DNA of 32,000 nt from Aliivibrio fischeri ES114 (lineage in GTDB: Bacteria; Pseudomonadota; Gammaproteobacteria; Enterobacterales; Vibrionaceae). Positions 8,721-21,934 of this stretch are shown piece after piece (position 1 is the stretch's first letter; each line of letters starts with the position of its first letter). The notes under the pieces were generated by a model. It had not been told where the DNA came from. It searched no databases and saw nothing but the letters and a program-made list of their open reading frames with translations. The position numbers and the translations under genes were made by a program. The DNA is taken from the NCBI RefSeq assembly GCF_000011805.1, contig NC_006840.2. The stretch is one strand, 5' to 3'.

Positions 8721-9201
8721 GAGCAAGAATAAGCGCTTGTTGATATACCGATGTTCTTGTTAGTAGGTTATTGGTTAGTAAGCCAATAGCCCCTCCTTTC
8801 TGTTTAATGTTGTCGGTGTTAAATTGTTCATCCATGACATCGCCTAGCTCTTTACCTTTTTTCACCTCATCAATAACTTGTGGTGGGAGAGGTAAACTCG
8901 AAGAGCGTGACTCTCCTACCGTTAAACCATTATCAATAATCATCCAAGCGAAAGTAGAATTACCTTCAATTCCAGCTTCTAACCCAACATAATAATCACA
9001 GTTAGGTAGCTTGATCTTTGCGTTATTAATACGGTTCATTGCTCCTTGTTTTGTTTCTTCACAACTCATTGGTTGATCTGGAACACCGCTCTTTACTGAT
9101 ACCCCTTCAAATGAAAAAGTATCATTAGGAAACGCAAGATTAAATGCTGATTCAACAGCGGCAATCTTCGCTGGGTTTTGAGAAGCAATGATAACTTTCA
9201 T
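8689..9201 (-). CDS. yjjX: Inosine/xanthosine triphosphatase (non-canonical purine NTP phosphatase, YjjX family)
   Basis: 170 aa, collinear with E. coli YjjX (..NPAKI.., SGVPDQP, EAGIEG, GAIGLLT, TRTSVYQQALILAL). Its 3' end overlaps the trpR 3' end by 32 nt in convergent orientation. Confidence 0.88.
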   Translation of the reverse strand: MKVIIASQNPAKIAAVESAFNLAFPNDTFSFEGVSVKSGVPDQPMSCEETKQGAMNRINNAKIKLPNCDYYVGLEAGIEGNSTFAWMIIDNGLTVGESRSSSLPLPPQVIDEVKKGKELGDVMDEQFNTDNIKQKGGAIGLLTNNLLTRTSVYQQALILALIPFLHPTRF

Positions 9202-9223
9202 GTTTACCTTTTATTCGATGTAA

Positions 9224-10402
9224 TCAATTTGATAATGGAATAGCTGTTGGTTCTACATTTTCAATTGGATAGCAACCAAGTACTTTTAGATAGCGAGTTA
9301 TAGCCGTTAATTCTTCGATAGCAGAAGTCATAGCATCGGATTTTAGATGCGCTTCTAGATCAACATAGAACATTTCTTCCCAAGGATTTCCCATAATAGG
9401 GCGAGATTCTAGCTTGCTCATATTGATGCCGTATTTTTGTAATACCAATAGAGATTCAACCAATGAACCAGCATCTTGAGCTGTGGACATTATTAATGTT
9501 GTTTTAGCTGGAATTTGCTCTGATACATCCACAGGCTTTCTTGCAACAACGATAAAACGTGTTTGGTTTTCTGTTTGATTCGAAATATTAGTGATTAGGG
9601 ATTGCAGTCCATATAGCTTTCCACTATCAGAGTTACCAATTGCTGCCACTTCAGGTGAGTTTAATTCTTTTACAGTGATCATCGCATCAGCAGTGCTTGC
9701 ACAAGAAATTAGCTCAACATTATTGAGTCGATTTAAAAATTCGCTACATTGTTCATGTGGCTGTGGGTGTGAATACAAGGTTTTAATTGATTCAAGAGAG
9801 GTTTCAGTCGTTGTTAATAAACAATGATCAATTTTTTGAGTTAATTCCCCAACAATGTATAGGCTAGTGTGTTGGAGTAAATCATAAACTTGGTTAATCG
9901 AACCTGAGCTTGTATTTTCAATTGGCAATACGCCGTAATCAGCATGACCTGACTCAACGGTTTTAATGACTTCTTTAAAGTTTTCACAGCCTAACTCAGC
10001 TAATTCAATATTCTTTTTGCTGAAATAACGACGGCTTGCTAGATTTGAATATGAGCCTTTTGAGCCAAGGTAAGCCACTCTTGCTACGGGTTTTCTACTT
10101 AAGTCAGGGTTTGCTAGATTTTGGAAGTATTCTTGCTGAAGTAAAACTGAATCTTCAATAATGGTATGAAATAACTGTGTAATGTAATAAGCATCAAGAT
10201 CGAAGTCTTTACCGTTCTCAATGAGTTTAACAAGTAATTGTTGCTCTCGTTTAGGATCTCGAACAGGTTTCGCGGTTTTAACTTTACTTTTAGCAACATC
10301 AAGACTGAGTTTACGACGTTCTGAAAAGAGCTTTAATAATTCATTATCAAGTTCATTAAGGCGTAAACGAATATCATCAAGGGAGTAGTGAGTGTCAGTC
10401 AT
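9224..10402 (-). CDS. pheA: Bifunctional chorismate mutase / prephenate dehydratase (P-protein)
   Basis: N-terminal chorismate mutase (LDDIRLRLNELDNELLKLFSERRKLS), a prephenate dehydratase domain and a C-terminal ACT domain (ESRPI..GNPWEEMFYVD). The start is taken at ATG 10402; the TTG at 10411 is three codons upstream. Confidence 0.92.
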   Translation of the reverse strand: MTDTHYSLDDIRLRLNELDNELLKLFSERRKLSLDVAKSKVKTAKPVRDPKREQQLLVKLIENGKDFDLDAYYITQLFHTIIEDSVLLQQEYFQNLANPDLSRKPVARVAYLGSKGSYSNLASRRYFSKKNIELAELGCENFKEVIKTVESGHADYGVLPIENTSSGSINQVYDLLQHTSLYIVGELTQKIDHCLLTTTETSLESIKTLYSHPQPHEQCSEFLNRLNNVELISCASTADAMITVKELNSPEVAAIGNSDSGKLYGLQSLITNISNQTENQTRFIVVARKPVDVSEQIPAKTTLIMSTAQDAGSLVESLLVLQKYGINMSKLESRPIMGNPWEEMFYVDLEAHLKSDAMTSAIEELTAITRYLKVLGCYPIENVEPTAIPLSN

Positions 10403-10435
10403 GAAATGCAAACCTAGTAAATTAAGAGTTAATTC

Positions 10436-10464
10436 ACAATAAGGAATTGGTTAGTTTGCGTCAA
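10436..10464 (-). promoter_or_regulatory. Candidate sigma70 promoter of pheA
   Basis: The minus strand reads TTGACG-N17-TATTGT, immediately downstream of the raiA terminator. This leaves a leader of about 27 nt before the pheA ATG. Confidence 0.5.
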
Positions 10465-10494
10465 GAAAAAACAGCGCTCAAATGAGCGCTGTTC
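10465..10494 (-). terminator. Rho-independent terminator of raiA
   Basis: The minus strand reads aacagcgctca-tt-tgagcgctgtt followed by tttttt. Confidence 0.85.
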
Positions 10495-10516
10495 TTAAGA
10501 ATCTTAGAGTTGAATA

Positions 10517-10870
10517 TTATTCCTCTTCAAGTTCAACTTCTGGTTCTTCAACTCCAGGAGCTTGAGCATGAGTCGCTCGACGTGCTTCTCCTTTATGTTG
10601 TAGTTTGTCTAGTTGGCGTTCTAGTTTTTGATACATCTCTCTAATTGCACCAAATAGATCTTCTTGCTCTGCAGAGGCTACGACTTTGCCACCTGCGATA
10701 GTTGCGTACGCTTCTACCTTGTGTTTACCATTTGCGCGTTTTGTAACGCTAGCGTGACGTCCAATAATGTCTAGGTTTCTTTTTGCTTCTAGTTTTTTAA
10801 ACTTCCCTTCAATACGTTCACGGATGCCTGGAGTGATGTCGATGTTGTTGCCAGTGATTTCTACTTTCAT
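10517..10870 (-). CDS. raiA: Ribosome-associated translation inhibitor RaiA (YfiA; stationary-phase ribosome stabilisation)
   Basis: 117 aa. The C-terminal half KLERQLDKLQHKGEARRA is almost identical to E. coli YfiA, and the tail is acidic. It is adjacent to pheA and bamD as in E. coli. Confidence 0.9.
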   Translation of the reverse strand: MKVEITGNNIDITPGIRERIEGKFKKLEAKRNLDIIGRHASVTKRANGKHKVEAYATIAGGKVVASAEQEDLFGAIREMYQKLERQLDKLQHKGEARRATHAQAPGVEEPEVELEEE

Positions 10871-10935
10871 ATGATTTTCCTCTCGCTTGCCCCGTTTGGC
10901 ATGTACTCAGATTACGTATCCAGAGTTAAAAATAA

Positions 10936-10951
10936 AGTGATCAAGATCACT
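10936..10951. promoter_or_regulatory. CRP (cAMP receptor protein) binding site candidate upstream of raiA
   Basis: aGTGA-tcaaga-TCACt, a perfect palindrome matching the TGTGA-N6-TCACA core. If the site centre is at -41.5, a TAATCT hexamer falls at the -10 position on the raiA strand. Confidence 0.6.
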
Positions 10952-11182
10952 TTTTTGATGTGTTGTAGCGAGAAGGTGAATGAATGTGATCTTAGGCAAG
11001 GCCTTAAGTATTTTATTTAAAAAATACTTGATGAATTGTACAAAGTAGGTAGATTGAAAGGGTTGGTTACTAGAAATTATTGTTTTTAGGGATGTCGTTC
11101 AACCTGTTGTTTTGGTTGATTAAATTTTAAACTTATCAATAGTGTGACCTATATACGAATTATAACTAACATTTCCAGACAT

Positions 11183-11218
11183 AAAAAAGCAGTGCTCGAT
11201 TCTCGGCACTGCTTTTTT
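11183..11218. terminator. Bidirectional intrinsic terminator downstream of bamD
   Basis: aaaaaagcagtgc...gcactgctttttt: a GC-rich stem flanked by A6 and T6 runs. Confidence 0.8.
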
Positions 11219-11308
11219 GTTTTTATAATGAATATTATGCAAATCGTAGTAAATAACTGCTCATCCTAGTAGCTTGTTAACATGTTCATTTACTTACTGT
11301 GATTGATA

Positions 11309-12034
11309 TTATTGTGGATTCAACGCAATAAGTTCTTCGGTTCGCTTAATTGCATCTTCCAGTTTTAATTCTTTGTAAGCTGAAAGCATAATGGTTAATG
11401 ATTTTCTTGCGGCTTCCGTATCTGGATAAGTACGTTGTAATTCTTGACAACGATTAATGGCAGAGATCCAAGCTTCTCGTCGTAAATAAAAGTCAGCCGT
11501 TGCTAATTCATAATCCGCTAAGCGATTTTTAAGTGCGTACATACGAGTTTGTGCATCTTCAGCATAAAGACTATTAGGGTATCTTTCTAATAATCGTTTA
11601 AAATCTTTAAAAGCTGAGCGAGCTGGTTCTGGATCTCGATCTGAACGATCTACTCTAAATAAATCATGCATGAAACTTCTATCTTGAGCCATATGCGTTA
11701 ATCCACGCATGTAAAGCACCCAGTCTGCTTTCGGGTGGGTTGGATTTAAACGAGTAAATCTCTCGATAGTTGCAAGACCTAACGCAAGATCATCATTTTT
11801 ATAATAAACATAAATAAGGTCTAGCTGAACTTGTTCAGAATAAGCGCCAAAAGGGTATCGAGAATCTAAAGCTTCAAGACGCTCAATTGCGCTCGTCCAA
11901 TTACCTGCTTGTAAAGATACTTGAGCTTGAGCGTATAATTCTGATGGTGGAATATCTGGAATTACATCATCACTACTTGAGCAACCAACCAGTAAAGATA
12001 CAGCTAATAATGAAGAAATGGTTAAGCGTTTCAT
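11309..12034 (-). CDS. bamD: Outer membrane protein assembly factor BamD (lipoprotein; start revised from 12103 to 12034)
   Basis: MKRLTISSLLAVSLLVGC carries a lipobox (LVGC) signal peptide. The TPR-like body is collinear with E. coli BamD/YfiO, and the gene is divergent from rluD as in E. coli. Confidence 0.9.
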   Translation of the reverse strand: MKRLTISSLLAVSLLVGCSSSDDVIPDIPPSELYAQAQVSLQAGNWTSAIERLEALDSRYPFGAYSEQVQLDLIYVYYKNDDLALGLATIERFTRLNPTHPKADWVLYMRGLTHMAQDRSFMHDLFRVDRSDRDPEPARSAFKDFKRLLERYPNSLYAEDAQTRMYALKNRLADYELATADFYLRREAWISAINRCQELQRTYPDTEAARKSLTIMLSAYKELKLEDAIKRTEELIALNPQ

Positions 12035-12195
12035 GCTTGAAAATGATCCTTGACTAAAAAAACTGAAGTTATCCATTACGAAATGCGCCGTTAACAGATA
12101 CAATGGTACATAGTTTATTTCACTTACAGTGTTGATGATACCAAATATGACCTATTAGTTTGGTATTAGTACCACTATTTTAAAAAAAGTTCGAT

Positions 12196-13170
12196 ATGGC
12201 ACAACAAATAGAGTTAACAAGTACAGTAAAAGAAAGTCAACTAGGGCAGCGTTTAGATCAAGCTGCTGCTGAGTTGTTTTCTGATTTTTCTCGTTCACGC
12301 ATCAAAGAGTGGTTGCTTGCTGGCAACATGACAGTCAATGGTGAAGTGGTTACAAAAGCACGCCTTAAAGTTATGGGTGGTGAAGAGATCACGGTTAAAG
12401 CTGAATTAGAAGATGAAGAGCGTTGGTTAGCTCAAGATATTCCTCTTGATATTGTTTATGAAGATGATGATCTACTCGTTATCAATAAACCACGTGACTT
12501 CGTTGTTCACCCAGGAGCGGGTACACCTGATGGTACAGTGTTAAATGCATTGTTATTCCATTATCCAAATATTGCAGAAGTACCTCGTGCAGGTATCGTT
12601 CACCGTTTGGATAAAGACACTACTGGATTAATGGTTGTTGCGAAAACTGTACCGGCTCAAACACGTTTAGTTCGTGCGCTTCAAAAGCGTAAGATTACTC
12701 GTGAGTATGAAGCCGTTGTTGTCGGTCGTATGACTGCGGGTGGTATGATTGAGAAACCAATTGGCCGCCACCCAAACAAACGTACTCTAATGGCAGTTCA
12801 TGAATTAGGTAAAGATGCTGTGACACATTACCGTGTTGCTGAACATTTCCGTATTCATACTCGTATCCGTTTACGTCTTGAAACCGGTCGTACTCACCAA
12901 ATTCGTGTACATATGTCATATTTGCAGCATCCACTTGTTGGTGATACTGCTTATGGTGGCCGTGCTCGCATTCCAAAAGGTGCGTCTCAAGAGTTAATTG
13001 ACATGATTCGTGGTTTTGATCGTCAAGCTCTGCATGCTGCTATGCTGCGTTTTGAACATCCAATCACAGGGGAAACAATGGAGTTCCATGCTCCAATTCC
13101 TGATGACATGATTGCTTTATCTCAAGCGTTACGTGATGATGAACGTTTAATGCATGAGGAAGAGTATTAA
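12196..13170 (+). CDS. rluD: 23S rRNA pseudouridine(1911/1915/1917) synthase RluD
   Basis: 324 aa with an S4 domain plus the RluA-family catalytic motif HRLDKDTTGLMVVAK, and GRTHQIRVH further downstream. Confidence 0.93.
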   Translation: MAQQIELTSTVKESQLGQRLDQAAAELFSDFSRSRIKEWLLAGNMTVNGEVVTKARLKVMGGEEITVKAELEDEERWLAQDIPLDIVYEDDDLLVINKPRDFVVHPGAGTPDGTVLNALLFHYPNIAEVPRAGIVHRLDKDTTGLMVVAKTVPAQTRLVRALQKRKITREYEAVVVGRMTAGGMIEKPIGRHPNKRTLMAVHELGKDAVTHYRVAEHFRIHTRIRLRLETGRTHQIRVHMSYLQHPLVGDTAYGGRARIPKGASQELIDMIRGFDRQALHAAMLRFEHPITGETMEFHAPIPDDMIALSQALRDDERLMHEEEY

Positions 13171-13172
13171 TA

Positions 13173-13907
13173 ATGTCATTGATTTCACCAAAATGGTCAG
13201 CGCCTAAATCAGTTAAAGTATTCAGTACAACTCGTATTGGAGGAGTATCAAGTTCCCCATTTGATAGCTTTAACCTTGGAGACCATGTTGGTGATGATCA
13301 TAAAGATGTTGTGCTCAATCGTGAAAAACTGATTACGTTGGGGCAGTTACCTACTGCACCAACGTGGTTAAATCAGATTCACTCAACAAGAGTTGTTCAT
13401 TTACCGAATCAAGATTTTTTTGAAACCCCACCGTCTGCTGACGCTGTATATACAAACCAAGCAAAACAAGTTTGTTGTGTTATGACTGCAGATTGCCTTC
13501 CGGTTGTAATATGCAATAAAGAAGGTACAGAGGTTGCTGCCGCACATGCAGGTTGGAGAGGTCTACTTGATGGAGTATTAGAAAATACTGTTGAGCAATT
13601 TGCCTCCCATGATCTTATTGCCTGGTGTGGACCTGCTATTGGTGAAAAAGCGTTTGAAGTAGGTAATGAAGTAAAAGAACTATTTTGCGAAAAAGATCCG
13701 CAAGCGATTAATGCATTTATTCCAAGTTCTAATGAAGGAAAATGGTTAGCTAATTTAGCTATGTTAGCCACACAACGTTTAAATAGTGTTGGTATAAATG
13801 ACGTGCATTATTCAAACCTTTGTACTTATCAAAATACAGATACGTTTTTCTCATATAGAAAAGAAGGAATTACAGGAAGACAAGCCACTCTTATTTGGTT
13901 TGAATAA
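13173..13907 (+). CDS. pgeF: YfiH/PgeF family protein (purine nucleoside phosphorylase / peptidoglycan editing factor, DUF152)
   Basis: 244 aa with TADCLPV and AHAGWRG motifs typical of YfiH. It starts 3 nt after rluD, as in the E. coli rluD-yfiH pair. Confidence 0.88.
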   Translation: MSLISPKWSAPKSVKVFSTTRIGGVSSSPFDSFNLGDHVGDDHKDVVLNREKLITLGQLPTAPTWLNQIHSTRVVHLPNQDFFETPPSADAVYTNQAKQVCCVMTADCLPVVICNKEGTEVAAAHAGWRGLLDGVLENTVEQFASHDLIAWCGPAIGEKAFEVGNEVKELFCEKDPQAINAFIPSSNEGKWLANLAMLATQRLNSVGINDVHYSNLCTYQNTDTFFSYRKEGITGRQATLIWFE

Positions 13908-13942
13908 CTCATATTTCTACCCCTTTATCCTTTCCTTAAGTA

Positions 13943-13970
13943 TTGAACTTTCTGACCTTAGCCCCCATTT
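13943..13970 (+). promoter_or_regulatory. Sigma32 (heat-shock) promoter candidate of clpB
   Basis: TTGAA (13943-13947), a 15-nt spacer, then CCCCATTT (13963-13970). This matches the sigma32 consensus CTTGAA-N13-17-CCCCATnT. It lies about 43 nt upstream of the clpB ATG. Confidence 0.7.
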
Positions 13971-14012
13971 AGAAACTATATAGTTACTAGCTTTCTTCTT
14001 TTGGAGGGTGTT

Positions 14013-16598
14013 ATGCGTTTAGATCGATTCACTAGTAAATTTCAAATGGCCATCTCTGATGCTCAATCATTAGCATTAGGTCAAGATCATCAATATATCG
14101 AACCAACCCACTTAATGGTTGCACTGTTAAATCAGGATGGAAGTACGATAAGGCCTTTACTTACTCTTCTAAATGTAGACGTAACACAATTACGTTCAAA
14201 ACTAACTGAAATATTAGATAAGACACCAAAGGTAACGGGTATCGGTGGTGATGTTCAACTTTCATCTAATATGGGTGTTATTTTTAATCTTTGCGATAAA
14301 GTCGCTCAGAAACGCAAAGACGCTTATATCTCTTCTGAAATATTCATGCTTGCTGCAATCGAAGATAAAGGGCCTTTGGGTAATTTACTTCGAGAATTAG
14401 GATTAACTGAACCTAAAATATCTAAGTCAATCGATGAAATCCGTGGTGGCGAAAAAGTAAATGATCAAAATGCTGAAGAAAAGCGTCAAGCATTAGAAAA
14501 GTTTACTGTTGATTTAACTGAGCGAGCAGAGCAAGGAAAATTAGATCCTGTAATTGGTCGTGATGATGAAATACGAAGAACAATTCAGGTATTGCAACGT
14601 CGAACTAAAAATAATCCAGTTATCATAGGTCAACCTGGTGTCGGCAAGACAGCTATTGTTGAAGGGTTGGCGCAACGTATTATAAATGGTGAAGTACCTG
14701 AAGGTTTAAAAAATAAACGAGTACTTTCTTTAGATATTGGTGCATTGGTCGCTGGTGCTAAATTCCGAGGTGAATTTGAAGAGCGCTTAAAAGCGGTTTT
14801 AAATGAGCTAGCGAAAGAAGAAGGTAGTGTCATCCTCTTTATTGATGAAGTACATACAATGGTAGGTGCTGGTAAAGGTGAAGGCTCTATGGATGCTGGC
14901 AATATGCTTAAACCTGCACTCGCACGTGGTGAACTACATTGTGTCGGAGCAACAACTCTTGATGAATATCGTCAGTATATTGAAAAAGATCCAGCATTAG
15001 AGCGTCGTTTTCAAAAAGTACTTGTTGATGAACCAACAGTTGAAGATACCGTTGCAATTTTACGTGGTTTAAAAGAACGCTATGAAATTCATCATCATGT
15101 TGAAATTACCGATCCTGCGATCGTAGCTGCAGCAAGCTTGTCACATCGTTATATATCGGATCGTCAATTACCGGATAAAGCGATAGATTTAATTGACGAA
15201 GCAGCATCAAGCATTCGTATGGAAATTGATTCAAAACCAGAATCATTAGATAAGCTTGATCGTAAGATAATTCAATTAAAGATAGAACAGCAAGCATTAG
15301 TAAAAGAAAGCGATGATGCGAGCTTAAAGCGTCTTGACTCTTTAAATCTTGAGTTAATGCAAAAAGAACGTGAATACGCAGAGCTTGAAGAAGTTTGGAA
15401 AGCTGAAAAAGCGGCTTTATCTGGCACTCAGCATATAAAAACAGAATTAGAAACCGCTCGAAGTAATATGGAAATTGCACGTCGTGCAGGTGATCTAAAT
15501 AGAATGTCAGAGCTGCAATATGGACGTATCCCTGAATTAGAGAAACAACTGGACCTTGCAGCTCAAGCTGAAATGCAAGAAATGAGCTTATTAAAAAATA
15601 AAGTGACGGATGCTGAGATAGCGGAAGTGCTTTCACGTCAGACGGGCATTCCTGTAAATAAAATGCTTGAAGGTGAAAGAGATAAGCTATTAAAGATGGA
15701 AGAGGTATTACATCACCGAGTAATAGGCCAGGCTGAAGCTGTCGAAGCTGTCTCAAATGCAATTCGTCGTAGTCGTGCCGGTCTATCAGATCCAAATAGA
15801 CCAATTGGTTCATTCTTGTTTTTAGGCCCAACAGGGGTTGGTAAAACGGAATTATGTAAATCACTCGCTAACTTTATGTTTGATAGTGAAGATGCGATGG
15901 TACGTATCGACATGTCTGAGTTTATGGAGAAACATTCCGTTGCTCGTTTAGTAGGTGCACCTCCTGGCTATGTTGGTTATGAAGAGGGTGGATACTTAAC
16001 AGAAGCAGTAAGACGCAAACCTTATTCAGTTTTATTATTAGATGAAGTAGAGAAAGCACATCCAGATGTATTTAATATTCTACTTCAAGTTCTTGATGAT
16101 GGGCGCTTAACTGATGGTCAGGGAAGAACGGTTGATTTTAAAAATACCGTTATCATTATGACATCGAACTTAGGTTCAGAAAAAATTCAGCAACATTTTG
16201 GTGAGTTGAATTATGCTGGCATAAAAGAAGTCGTAATGGATGTTGTGAGTCAACATTTTAGACCAGAGTTTTTAAACCGTGTTGATGAAACCGTAGTATT
16301 CCATCCATTGGCACAAGAACACATTAAGAATATCGCTTCTATTCAATTACAACGCTTAGAAAAACGTTTGAATGAAAAAGATTACCAATTGCAAGTAACA
16401 GACGAAGCGTTAAACTTAATTGCTGAGGCAGGTTTTGATCCTGTTTATGGAGCAAGACCATTAAAACGAGCAATTCAGACATATATAGAGAACCCACTTG
16501 CTCAGGATATATTGAGTGGAAAGCTAAGGGTTGGAGAAGTAATTAAGTTGAAAGTTAAAAATGAACAGCTAATTGCGACTCAAAATGACGACTTTTGA
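14013..16598 (+). CDS. clpB: ATP-dependent chaperone/disaggregase ClpB (start revised from 14001 to 14013)
   Basis: [23 protein letters not shown]... is collinear with E. coli ClpB. It has two AAA+ modules ([18 protein letters not shown]; [15 protein letters not shown]) and a middle coiled-coil. A ggaggg RBS lies 5 nt before ATG 14013. Confidence 0.96.
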   Translation: MRLDRFTSKFQMAISDAQSLALGQDHQYIEPTHLMVALLNQDGSTIRPLLTLLNVDVTQLRSKLTEILDKTPKVTGIGGDVQLSSNMGVIFNLCDKVAQKRKDAYISSEIFMLAAIEDKGPLGNLLRELGLTEPKISKSIDEIRGGEKVNDQNAEEKRQALEKFTVDLTERAEQGKLDPVIGRDDEIRRTIQVLQRRTKNNPVIIGQPGVGKTAIVEGLAQRIINGEVPEGLKNKRVLSLDIGALVAGAKFRGEFEERLKAVLNELAKEEGSVILFIDEVHTMVGAGKGEGSMDAGNMLKPALARGELHCVGATTLDEYRQYIEKDPALERRFQKVLVDEPTVEDTVAILRGLKERYEIHHHVEITDPAIVAAASLSHRYISDRQLPDKAIDLIDEAASSIRMEIDSKPESLDKLDRKIIQLKIEQQALVKESDDASLKRLDSLNLELMQKEREYAELEEVWKAEKAALSGTQHIKTELETARSNMEIARRAGDLNRMSELQYGRIPELEKQLDLAAQAEMQEMSLLKNKVTDAEIAEVLSRQTGIPVNKMLEGERDKLLKMEEVLHHRVIGQAEAVEAVSNAIRRSRAGLSDPNRPIGSFLFLGPTGVGKTELCKSLANFMFDSEDAMVRIDMSEFMEKHSVARLVGAPPGYVGYEEGGYLTEAVRRKPYSVLLLDEVEKAHPDVFNILLQVLDDGRLTDGQGRTVDFKNTVIIMTSNLGSEKIQQHFGELNYAGIKEVVMDVVSQHFRPEFLNRVDETVVFHPLAQEHIKNIASIQLQRLEKRLNEKDYQLQVTDEALNLIAEAGFDPVYGARPLKRAIQTYIENPLAQDILSGKLRVGEVIKLKVKNEQLIATQNDDF

Positions 16599-16668
16599 TG
16601 TAAAAATAAACGCTTTGAATTAAAAGTAAGCAAACAAACTCATTTTTCATATTTTTCTAGAAAAAGAG

Positions 16669-16696
16669 TTGCATAGATTCAAAGACTCTCTATAAT
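16669..16696 (+). promoter_or_regulatory. rRNA operon promoter P1
   Basis: TTGCAT-N16-TATAAT followed by a GC-rich discriminator (gccgcctc) and preceded by an A/T-rich UP-like tract. This is the architecture of enterobacterial rrn P1. Confidence 0.75.
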
Positions 16697-16783
16697 GCCG
16701 CCTCACTGACACGGAGAACGAAGTTTATTAAAACTTAGCATCCAGTTGGTTTGGCGGTTAGAAATTTAGTTTCAAATAAGTGC

Positions 16784-16811
16784 TTGACACTGAAACTTAA
16801 ATCGATAGAAT
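16784..16811 (+). promoter_or_regulatory. rRNA operon promoter P2
   Basis: TTGACA-N16-TAGAAT with a GC-rich discriminator (agccgtcc), about 115 nt downstream of P1. Confidence 0.7.
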
Positions 16812-16857
16812 AGCCGTCCTCTGCACTGAAAAGCAAAGCTTTGAAAGTAGAAGAAAA

Positions 16858-16869
16858 GCTCTTTAACAA
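16858..16869 (+). promoter_or_regulatory. boxA antitermination element (rrn leader)
   Basis: GCTCTTTAACAA matches the rrn boxA consensus exactly. Confidence 0.85.
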
Positions 16870-17037
16870 TTAGAAACCTATTAATCTGTGTGGGCACTTG
16901 TGAATTGATAATCAACAAATTATCAATGAACTGAGTGACTACACAAAATTACTTTTATGTAACAATCAGTATTAATCATTGAGTCGGTTTTGTTTCTGCT
17001 TCTCTTTATAGAAAAGACAGAGCAACCAAAAAAACTT

Positions 17038-18590
<1,553 letters not shown>

Positions 18591-18702
18591 AACGATAGAT
18601 TACGGTTTATGAGTGTTCACACAGATTAATTAGGTTTTGAAAGTTGAAGTTGTAGAGCTTTAATTAATAATTCCGATTATTGATTAAAGCTTTTTGCTTT
18701 AA

Positions 18703-18714
18703 GCTCTTTAACAA
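18703..18714 (+). promoter_or_regulatory. boxA antitermination element (16S-23S spacer)
   Basis: A second exact GCTCTTTAACAA, preceded by a long AT-rich hairpin (18656-18695) in a boxB-like position. Confidence 0.8.
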
Positions 18715-18950
18715 TTTGGAAAGCTGACTGATTCAAATAACTTACGAGTTATTTAAATCAAAATTTAAAAGTTCTTAATATCCTTTGTTTTACTCTGTAA
18801 AACGAAGAACAACACATTCAAGTGTTCTTGTATTTTGAATCCGGCGAAAAACCAGAACTCGCAATGACGAGTTCAACCTTGGTTGCTGTTTTGTCTTCAC
18901 TTTTAAAAAGTGAAAGCAAATGGTCCATACGAAACCTCTTGGGGTTGTAT

Positions 18951-21841
<2,891 letters not shown>

Positions 21842-21934
21842 ACAACACCCAAGGGGTTTTGAACGGATTTAAAATTGCAAGAAACGAATTGAATGTGATT
21901 AAGAACACAATATAGCTTTCCGAATTAAAGAATT

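Noticed and set aside
11006-11030. AT-only hairpin aagtatttt-atttaa-aaaatactt as a terminator or sRNA end
   Set aside because: The stem is entirely A/T and therefore weak, and there is no clear T-run or promoter context. I mention it only within the raiA upstream finding.
12035-12103. N-terminal extension of bamD (MYLLTAHFVMDNFSFFSQGSFSS)
   Set aside because: The lipoprotein signal peptide with its lipobox starts at MKRLTISS. The extension would bury the signal peptide and has no RBS.
15106-15864. 252-aa ORF antisense to clpB
   Set aside because: It lies entirely within the well-supported clpB frame on the opposite strand. The product is Leu/Gln-rich and low in complexity, with no start context. 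It is a typical shadow ORF of a long conserved gene.
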